A stretch of 64,000 nucleotides of DNA from Williopsis jadinii (Eukaryota): assembly GCA_024346625.1 (NCBI GenBank), contig AP024668.1, positions 1-64,000 of the forward strand, written 5' to 3'. Under the pieces are notes generated by a model. That model worked only from the letters and a program-made list of their open reading frames with translations. It ran no database searches and was not told where the DNA came from. Below are positions 1 through 9,492 of the stretch, one piece after another; position 1 is the stretch's first letter; each line of letters starts with the position of its first letter. Made by a program: the position numbers and the translations under genes.

Positions 1-176
1 CACCCAGACACCCAGACACCCAGACACCCAGACACCCAGACACCCAGACACCCAGACACCCAGACACCCAGACACCCAGACACCCAGACACCCAGACACC
101 CAGACACCCAGACACCCAGACACCCAGACACCCAGACACCCAGACACCCAGACACCCAGACACCCAGACACCCAGA
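1..176 (+). repeat. Telomeric repeat array (CACCCAGA)22; G-strand TCTGGGTG/GGGTGTCT
   Basis: 22 perfect 8-bp units from base 1, with the C-rich strand at the 5' end as expected for a left chromosome end. Confidence 0.97.
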
Positions 177-184
177 CATCCCCA

Positions 185-600
185 GGCACCATCATTCAGA
201 CACCATTATTCACATTACATCCCCCAGACACCCTCTTTTACACACTACATCTCCCATACACCCTCTTTTACACACTACATCTCCCATACACCATCTCCCA
301 CACACGCTCTTTCACACACCCTCTCCCACACACCCTCTCTCACACACCATCGTTCACACACACCATCTCTCATACACCATCTCTCACACATCCTCTCTCA
401 CACACCATCTCTCATACACCATCTCTCATACACCATCTCTCATACACCATCTCTCATACACCATCTCTCATACACCATCTCCCGCACACCATCTCTCACA
501 TACCATCTCCCACACACGCTCTTTCACACACGCTCTCCCGAACACCATCTCCCGAACACCATTTACCATACACCATCTCCCATACACCATCTCTCCCTAC
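185..600 (+). repeat. Telomere-associated 14-bp minisatellite, consensus CACCATCTCTCATA
   Basis: About 29 degenerate 14-bp units directly after the telomere; near-perfect units at about 361-480. Confidence 0.9.
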
Positions 601-639
601 CAGACGACTCCCAGACTCCCTATCCTCACCACCTGTTCG

Positions 640-1600
640 CTGACTGCCGTTGAGCAATAGTCACCGCCTATATATTCTCTACTCTAACGACTTGTTTGTT
701 AATTGCCCTCGAGCAATAGTCACCGCTCCCTTGAAGAAAAGTCTCACGAGTGTCTAGCTGATAACCCTCGAGCAGTTGTCAGCGACTACAAATTTACCAA
801 TGTCATGAACTGCTCGTTAACTGCCCTCGAGCAATAGTCAGCGATCCCTCAAACACGAACCTCGCCATTGTGTTGATGCTAGCCTTCGAGACTTTCACGC
901 CACATATATACTTGCTACTCCCACCGCCTGTTCGCTCGCTCCTGTCAAGCAATTGTCACCGCTCACCTAAACAGATATTCATTGAGCATTGCTCACCCAT
1001 CGCTTCAGCTAAGCTCTGACCACTGCCTCACTGAGAGCTCTCAAGAAGTACTCAACCCAAACTTAAGCTGAGACGTCACTAACTCCTCACCGACAACCAT
1101 CGAGTATTGCTTTGAGACAACTTATTCAGAAGTGTCAGCATATCCTTGCTGACGACCCTCCAACAATGCTCAGCCATCACTCAGAGAAAGATTCGACCAA
1201 TAGCTATCTGACCACCCTCGCGTATTACTCTGAGATCACTTGAGAAGCAATGTCACCAGTGTATAACTGAAAATGCTCCACCATCACTCCCAATTTATGT
1301 CAACTGACACATCACCTACTCCTTGCTGACAACTCTCATTCATTGCTTCAGAGATCACCTAGACTGTGATATCGTTAGTGTCTCCATTAGCGAACCTTCG
1401 AGCAATATTCAATACTCGCTTTAACTGAGAAATCACCAACTCATCTCTGAGAACCCATATCCCTCGAGCATTTCTGTCAGCTCATACAAATTGAGACATA
1501 ACCATTTCCTTCTTCCCAACCCCCGAGTAATCCTCAAAGCTCAACCAAACAGAGATGCCACCACGTCCTATCTGACCACCTTCCAGCACTACATAGCTCT
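640..1600 (+). repeat. Degenerate 59-bp-period subtelomeric array, core CCCTCGAGCAATAGTCA(C/G)CG
   Basis: Core GAGCA-like words start at 652, 711, 770, 829, 888, 947 and 1006 (exact 59-bp steps), then 1102, 1161, 1220, 1400, 1466, 1525 and 1584. Confidence 0.8.
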
Positions 1601-2050
1601 TAAATAACAAACTCTGTCAGTAGACCTGATATCTAGACGACCAGCCTTATCAAACTATCATCACCTAGAATGTCTATTCAAGAGTGATCACAGCTGCCGT
1701 TTGAACTACCTGAATTATAACACAACTTAGTCTCACTTATCTCCACTCATGATTCTCCAGCCATAGAACCCACCCGAACTTCACAAGTTATCCCCGCCCA
1801 TTCTTAAATACTTGAACAAAAATCTTACCCACCGACACTACTTTATATTTACTCCTAATCATGCATCCTCTTATCCATTTGCATAACAATCAGCTTATTT
1901 AGTTATTTAATTCTACCTTAAAGTCTTTTTTTCAATTATTTATACTTTAATACATACCATGAATATTTTCAGTTGTCAATTAGATATGTCATTTTTGTAA
2001 GAAAGACCCGAACACTGCTTACAATCTTAACTCCGAACCTACCTATGCTC

Positions 2051-2562
2051 CAGTTCTGCTAATGACATGAAATTAGTCTCAGTATATAATTCAGAATCTG
2101 AGCAATCTAGTGATATCTATTAGCCATTCCAATTACATTGATTAATGTACTAAAAAAGGATGTAATATGTTTGTCAAAGAAGATTATTTCCGCCAAGCAG
2201 ACTATTCTCACCCATACATTTTTCTTGGTGTGCCCCAAGCAATTCTGCTCATACTTGTAGCCATTTATCTCCGCAGTGATGACTGCCTCACTCACCACAG
2301 CAACACACGTACGCAGCCTGAAATCTTAAATACGACCTTGCCTTTGCTACAGTTGTGCTACAGACATCAAATTAGTCTCATGGTATACTGCAGATTCACA
2401 CCATCCCAGTGATATAAATTAGTCTTTCCAATCACATTAATTGAAATAGCCAGACACCAAGTAACATTTGCCTCATGAGGGAGATATTTTTCATGAGCCA
2501 GATATTGTTACGAGCACGTTTTTTTGCTGGTCATGAGGCAGTATCGCGCATACTTGTATTCC
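2051..2562. repeat. Diverged tandem duplication (~210-bp homology, ~299-bp offset)
   Basis: cagttctgctaatgacatgaaattagtctc (2051) vs cagttgtgctacagacatcaaattagtctc (2350); similarity runs to catacttgta in both copies. Confidence 0.7.
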
Positions 2563-2609
2563 AGGTAGCGAACAGAACTGTTTAGCAACCAACTGTAAAA
2601 CATTCAGAC

Positions 2610-5600
2610 AGAGCTCATATTATAGTTCAGTTATGAGAAAACCTTCCACGAGAAACGTACATATGTTCTTGAGCTTGAGTTATGAGAATATAAGTGTCAT
2701 CATCAATCACTGTGAACATCATCAAGTCTGATTGGAAATTAGTGTAGCTAAATGAAGAGCGGAGATGAAGCTTTCACACCAATCACACAAGATAGGCATG
2801 GTGTCACTAATGTAGCACTGCCGATGTGTAGTTGACGTCCCAATTGTGTCGTACAAAACTTCACTATTTCACGGCCCATATCAAGTTTGCGTTTCACACA
2901 CAACAAAATGCAGATCGATACCAAGACCGTCAAATACCAGAAAGCAGAGAGACTCGGGTATTTATACCATCACTGTGTACGCTTCATCAAGTTGTTCTTG
3001 TTGAGAACCAATGGAAATGCCAGTTCAAATACGTAGATGTGTTGATCCCTAGCTGTAAGAATCTTCAGCCAAGGAGACATGTCTATACTTTATGCATGAG
3101 ACAGAGTGGTGGCTTTTCACCCAGTCCTTTGAGTAAGAAACGATCAAGATGGTCCATATGATCCACTGATACACGTGTCAAACTTCAAAGCTCTCATTGG
3201 AAGACCAATTATTGTATAGTAGGTGAGACCCTTAAAACTCTCATTTCTTCCTCTAGCACTGTTGTTGTGACTTTCACAGTCACTCAAAGCCTTTCAAGTC
3301 ATTTGGAATAGCCTTATGTGATACACAGAAGCATTCCATCCTAAAACCATCATCTTCCAAAGACTCAATGCTTGAACTGTCAATGGAAAAAGTGTGTTAA
3401 TATAAGTCCCCTTTCTTTGTTGATGTTTTTTCTCAACCCCCGCTCAATTTTGACGTTCGGATGGTCGCAGTCAGCAAATGTGAAACCATGGCAACGCATC
3501 AATGACAACTACTTCCCCAACGTTCAATGACAACAGCTTTGATCCATAGAGAGTGGATTTAAAGTACAAGAAGTATATCTCTTTATCATAGATAATTAGT
3601 TATATACCTGTGTGTAGCTTGTAGAATCAGCAGGAGGTGGTCAAGGCCGGATGATTTCAGCTACAAAAGGTCCAATGAGTAACAACAAAGGTCAATTCAT
3701 ACTTCTCAAGACATAGCCCAAGCCTAAATCTACCAAGACAAACACTTCACGGTACAGAAAGTGTACAGTATATCGTGTGACTCGACGCAAAGCATATGGA
3801 AAACAGAGTGAGTGGGGATCAATTGATTTGGTCATCTCAAAGTTTGCAACAAAGTAACAAGAAGAGATAGCTGTATCCAAACATCACAGCAAAGTCTTAG
3901 ACCATCCACAATAATAGCCCTCCTAATTCGATATCTCTGAATCATATCATGGTGATTATCTTGTGTCATTCACTCCAGTTCGGATAATGAATCTTCATTT
4001 AAAGGGACATCAAAAAAACAATAATGATATGGGCAAAGTAGCAACAATCATAAACCATTCAAGAAATTGAGTCTCAATCATTCGACGACAAATGTATCAG
4101 CTGGTGAGCCATCTCATAAGGTACCAAGAGACATGGGATTCCTAATAAAGCAAAGCCCATGGATCGTATGAAATGACTATATCAGATGGTGTCTAGATTG
4201 ATGATCCCTCAGTCTCAGTAGTGTATCTTGGATGGATTATAAATAAAAGTGGTTAGCTTCTTAGGTTGTTGAAGTTTATATGCACTTAGATGAACAACGA
4301 AATACACTGTTCACTATGTCTGCTGATAGAAATACATCAATGGCATGGGATATAATCCAGTTGAATCTCCAACAGATGCAATAGAGGAACCAGGCACTTC
4401 TTGTGGTTCACTCTCCACATGATTATCCACGTATACTGTAACTTTAATCATCGATAGATGCCATAGGTGTATGTGATGTTGGGTACACCAATGTAAGGAT
4501 TTCAAAAGTACCACCATTTGGAAGACAACAGACTTCGAATCAAACTCATGATAAAACATTATAACAAGCCACATCGTATAGTTAGTTGTCAACTGGATAT
4601 CATGTAGTTGCTGTGTGCTCAAGCTCTCTGTTGGACTGTGTAAGTAGAGCCTGCATCATCAAATGCCCTGGATTTTGTAAACCATCTTCTTCAATTTGAA
4701 GTCGAGACAATACACCAGTGACTCATGATAAAACCTTCAGATCAGTCACAAATCACACCTCTGGTTCCATATGATCCGTTTTGAGTACTGTCTTGTTTAT
4801 CCCTTGGTTTCTGTTGTCTATGGATAAGACCTATTTCCTTGGTCATTGGAATCAACGATATTTCCAAGTTAGACAACAGAGCTCTTTGGGAACACAGCGC
4901 AGAACATTCAGACAAGTCTCATAGCATAACTGGCTTCCCAGAAAATGCACCATATGTGGTATACAACTGTCATCTTGTCTGAGATCCGTAAATGCGAGCT
5001 GTTTCATGAATCACTAAGACCATCACCAGTTTCAATTAGAAATCGATGTAGTTCTATGAGGAGTGAAGATAAAGTCACCAAGGCAGTTTCATAATCCAGA
5101 AATGTCTAGCCCTCATTGACTATTGGTAATGTGTACTTCTCCTTTGATTAATGTCGAGTAATGGTGGACTGTTTCAAGAGACACCTCACATTTGTGTTTC
5201 ACTTATACCAAAGAGCAATAGAGAGCCACACAATACCATTACGCAATAGAAAACAAGAATACTCGGATATTGATACAATCTATCAGTATAATGTATCACA
5301 TAATTACTCTTGAAACCATATGGAAATGCCAATTCATACGTGTAGGCGTGTTGATTCAGAGCTGTGTGAAGCTTTAGTCAAGGAGATAGGGCCATACCTC
5401 GTCGTGAGGAACTGAGGTGGCCTTTTGATCTGTGATTTGGCTCATAAGTTAACCGAATGGTCTATGTGATCCATTGATACCAGTCTTCCCCTCCAGATCT
5501 CTCAGTGGAAGACAAAGTCTTGTACACCACATGAAACCATTGGGACTTTCATATATGCCACCTCTAACACAGATCTTGAGACTTTCACAGTCACTCAAAG

Positions 5601-7134
5601 CTTTTCAAACCATTTGGAGTAGCCTTATATGATACATAGCAACATTGTACCCTAAAGCTACCATCTTCCAACATTTCCAAGCTTAGACTGTTAAGGGAAT
5701 AAGTGTGTTGATATAGGAGAGACCCCCTTTGCTTTGTTGATGTTTTCTCAATCCCCGCTCAATTTTGATGTTCGGATGTTTGGAGTCAACAAATGTGAAA
5801 CCATAGAAACACAACAACGATAGCTACTTCCCCAACCTTCAATGACAACAACAGCTTTGATCCATAGAGAATGCACTTGAAGTACAGTTAGTATAGCTCT
5901 TTGTCATATACGAATAAGCAAACAACTATGCATTGCATGTGGAATCAGCGCAATGTGGCCATGACTGGATGATTTTATTTACAAAGACCCAATGAGTATC
6001 AACAACGGTCGATTCATACTCGTCAAGATACCATCAGCGTGAATCTATCAAAGAGGAGATATCTGGTGACTCATAAAGAGTGTTTTATACTCTGTAACAG
6101 AAATTAAAACGTTTGGAAAACAGAGTGAACGGGAATCAATAGGCTTAGGTTATGTCATAGCTCAAAATATGGCAGTAACAACAAAAGACAACGGTTTTCA
6201 AGAACCACGGGGGAAGTTTGAGCTGTTGATAGCAATTACTCTACACTTTCGATGCTTTTGAATCACCATATGGCAATCGTGTTGGGTTATTCTGAGAGTA
6301 TTTGTATTGACTCACAGTTAAAATGTGGAATAAAAAAAGAGCAATGGTATGACCGAAACAGCAAATTTCAAATCATCACAGAAGAAATTTAATCTCTACA
6401 ATGGCCCTTACCAGCTAACATTCATACCAATTACTTCTAAATGATAGTACCAGAAGGTTCCATCCCACTCAATTATCTTTTAATACCCATCAAAGTAGCT
6501 TGGTCCTTATTTTTCAGTTTTGTTTCCCACATAGTCAGTTATAGCAAATGTATCCAGATCACGTTTCCCATAGTTGTGGAATAACGACTATACATCAACA
6601 TCCACACTAGCGGTACTCACGCTGAGTCTCAACAATCATTGATCTTTTTCAATGGATGAGGATGAAATTTTCTCTTGTTGTTCTGTGAAGGTTGTCAACA
6701 AACAAGTAGAAGCTCCCAAGGGCAGGATTCTCTTCGAATGATTCAATTAGCAAAACGTTATCAAGGATATCCAAACATGGGATTGAGGTTAATACCACTT
6801 GAAGAATTGAACCTTATCAGACGTCAATACACTCTTAGCTGCACAACAGAACTTCCCAATTTGGCTTGCAGCCAGGTTGATGGTCAAGTAATCCAGTCTT
6901 GGTTGGACAATGGAACATAAATCTGGTATTCCAAGCTCACATGACTCCTAATAGTTCATTATGAAAACAGCAAAAACAATGGACTGTTTAGAAGGAACTG
7001 TATCAGATGGTATCCAGATTGATGATCTATAAGCCCCAGTAGTATTTCTGAGGATTATAAATAAGAACCCTTAGCCTCTAATATTGCCTAAGCTTATATG
7101 TATCTAAGAGGCAACGAAATTTATATAGTTCGCT
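2610..7134 (-). pseudogene. Two decayed tandem copies of an unidentified protein-coding sequence (~2610-4315 and ~4915-7134)
   Basis: Collinear blocks offset ~2.3 kb (3271 ctttcacagtcactcaaagc vs 5582; ~3430-3560 vs ~5745-5880), and ~4180-4310 vs ~7000-7130. Minus-strand frames match (LWIKAVV(V)IE.WGSS...MVSHLLT..IRTSKLSG; LK..TA..QH.Y.(F/Y)ELAFP) with synonymous changes and a 3-bp indel, but many stops. Confidence 0.55.
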
Positions 7135-7529
7135 TGTTGATTTCTTACCGTCCCAAGCTCAGTGACTTACTGAGCTCAGTAGAGATAAGGCACCAAGTAG
7201 AGACTAATCAACACTGGACAGTCAAATGCCTATAAATATCCTGATGCTGATGACATACCACAATAGATAGACATACCATGGTCTATCATATAGTATTACC
7301 AGGACCGGACCATAATAGAGTACACTCTGGTTACAAAGATACTTGCAATAATGCTTGAAGATGATGTGGATTAACCTAACACAGCGACAGCTCATCCAGC
7401 TTCTACACAATATCGGAGTTTTTCATAATATGCCATATTACCATGTATCGACGCATCTCCAATTCGGATGTTACGCAGAATAAAATATCGAAAGATACAA
7501 TAACCTCGATTACCTAATACGATATCACA
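7135..7529. mobile_element. Possible solo LTR relic
   Basis: Starts TGTTGA exactly where homology between the duplicated copies stops, ends GATATCACA, ~395 bp, internal TATAAATA at 7231. Flanks match only 3/5 (tcgct/tacct), so no clean TSD. Confidence 0.3.
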
Positions 7530-8078
7530 TACCTTAATGACCAACTGTCAAGACTGTGATATATCAGCACTTCCGACCAATACACAATTGCCACAAAGTA
7601 CATAAAGGTGTGATTCTTGGATGCAAATACATGTATATCCGAGGTAAATGACAAGTCAATGTAAATTTATCTAGACGATAAGTTTAGCACAAATTTTCTC
7701 GTACCCGTGTTGATGCTCAAAGCAATCTCTCTTCAAGTCAACGATGGTGTGTGATGGTCTTCTCTTGCATGATCTCAAAACTGTTATCAAGTCCACTTCA
7801 GAACTATTACAATGATACAAAATTGTCATCAATCCAAGCTTTACTCATCTTGATAACGTGTTGGTATGTGTAGTCAATTAGTGTACATGTCACAGCTCTA
7901 CTACATTCCACTAACAATGCACAACCTATTGGTCTCTACTGCAGAAAAGTCCACTTAATTTGTATTTGAAGATAAGGTAGAACTATTGTTGTATCTACAA
8001 CACGTATATAACACTCTTTAAGTAGTATGATGGAGCACAACAAGAGCCACACGATAACTAGAACTTGTAAAGCACTGT

Positions 8079-9071
8079 TCAGTATGTTGCATTTAAGCGA
8101 GCTGCGAGGTACTCACCTGCGGTTATTGGTGCATACTTCTTAGGGTTTTCCTTTGAGTAGGTGCCATCCAGAGCATCAACAATCTTGTCCTTGTTTGCAC
8201 TGATAAAGAAAGGTATAGAATAACGTGCCTTGGAAACCCCTGTTTCAGAATCAACTGGGGGATTAGTCACCCTGTGAAGAGTAGAAATAAGTTGGTCGTT
8301 CGACCATCTCATCAAGAAATCACCAGTATTGACGACAATAGAGTTTTTGATATATGGTGCAGGGAGGAACACACCCTTATTAAATGGATCCTCAACTTGT
8401 AAACCTCCACATTCGTCTTGCAAGAGCATAGTCAATGTTCCAAAATCCGTATGTGCTGCGATTCTTTCCGCCTCACCTGTTTTTAACGAGTTCTCATCTG
8501 TTGGAGGATAATGGAGTAATCTCAGCTGGTTATCAGACTCACTGTGGTAAGGCAGGAAAAACTCTTCATCAAGGTCCATACCCAAGGCTATGGCTCTCAA
8601 AAACAACTTACCAGTGGCATCACTGATTTTGAAGTAATACTTGCAGTATTCCTTGAAACCTGGAATATCATCATCTGGCCAAATGTTGTAAAACCTCTCG
8701 TTGTTATCATTCCCCAGATCAAATGACTCTTTGACATCAGGAACCTTGCGAAGTTTGTTAACTTCGTCTTTATCAAAAACCATCTGAACCACTTTCTCTT
8801 TGCCAATATGGGACCAGCCTCTATGATGTGCACCTTCAATTGGGTGAGGACATTTTTCCTTTTGTTCTGGACTTAGCTCAAAGAACTTCTTCGACCACTG
8901 GAACATACGTTGCTGGTCAAGTTCAGAGATTCCATGGTTGATGATATACATGAATCCAACCTCTCGCATAACTCTCACCATCTCTTTACCCACGGCAAGC
9001 TTTCCTTGCTCTGTACCGTTAATAAATTCCTGGAAATCAATCACAGGAACAGAAAAGTCTTTAGAAGGCAT
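8079..9071 (-). CDS. 2-oxoglutarate/Fe(II) dioxygenase, IPNS/DIOX_N family, thymine-7-hydroxylase-like
   Basis: VPVIDF N-terminus, LRLLHYP, H-T-D...H iron triad (AHTDFG, STLHRV), RYS 2OG motif, RWSND, C-terminal RLNATY. Likely start MPSKDF at 9071 (-3 A); the ORF extends to 9113. Confidence 0.9.
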   Translation of the reverse strand: MPSKDFSVPVIDFQEFINGTEQGKLAVGKEMVRVMREVGFMYIINHGISELDQQRMFQWSKKFFELSPEQKEKCPHPIEGAHHRGWSHIGKEKVVQMVFDKDEVNKLRKVPDVKESFDLGNDNNERFYNIWPDDDIPGFKEYCKYYFKISDATGKLFLRAIALGMDLDEEFFLPYHSESDNQLRLLHYPPTDENSLKTGEAERIAAHTDFGTLTMLLQDECGGLQVEDPFNKGVFLPAPYIKNSIVVNTGDFLMRWSNDQLISTLHRVTNPPVDSETGVSKARYSIPFFISANKDKIVDALDGTYSKENPKKYAPITAGEYLAARLNATY

Positions 9072-9219
9072 TGTAGACAGTATGGATGACTTGGACTTAG
9101 TGTAAGTCATCATTCCTCATCTGCTGAATCCATATGAGAAGTCATGCTCTTAAATATCTTAATAGACTTGTAAAGAATCACCCCATTTAGAACAGAAGGA
9201 AGAACACATTGTTTTGAAA

Positions 9220-9410
9220 AGCTGATAACAAATTCACAGCATATGGATAAACTTCGGTGGAGGATTATCGAGCCATACCGCCACCGACGAATAGGTGGGC
9301 TATCTTTCAGTCCACCGCCACCAGAAAAAGTGGGTGTTGATGCAAAGAAGAAAAAGAATCGAGTAGACATCAAACACTCTCGGTATTGACGAAGAAAAGA
9401 CTCCCTTATC
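9220..9410. promoter_or_regulatory. Divergent promoter with GATAA sites and GGTGG(A/C)G motifs
   Basis: GATAA/TTATC at 9224, 9246, 9265, 9406; CGGTGGAGG 9255, CCGCCACCG 9278, TCCACCGCCACCA 9311. Confidence 0.6.
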
Positions 9411-9492
9411 AGCAGAGTTTACTCGAGCGAAAACAGTATGGAGCGAACTCTGGAGTAGATATATCAAGGATACAGGTGCCCAGTCTGCAACA

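Noticed and set aside
640..1600. CRISPR array (conserved core with variable spacers)
   Set aside because: Eukaryotic subtelomere, no cas genes, cores are degenerate and the linkers resemble one another; it is a minisatellite.
7555..8002. Second solo LTR (TGTGATA...ACAACA)
   Set aside because: No target-site duplication and no second copy seen in the window.
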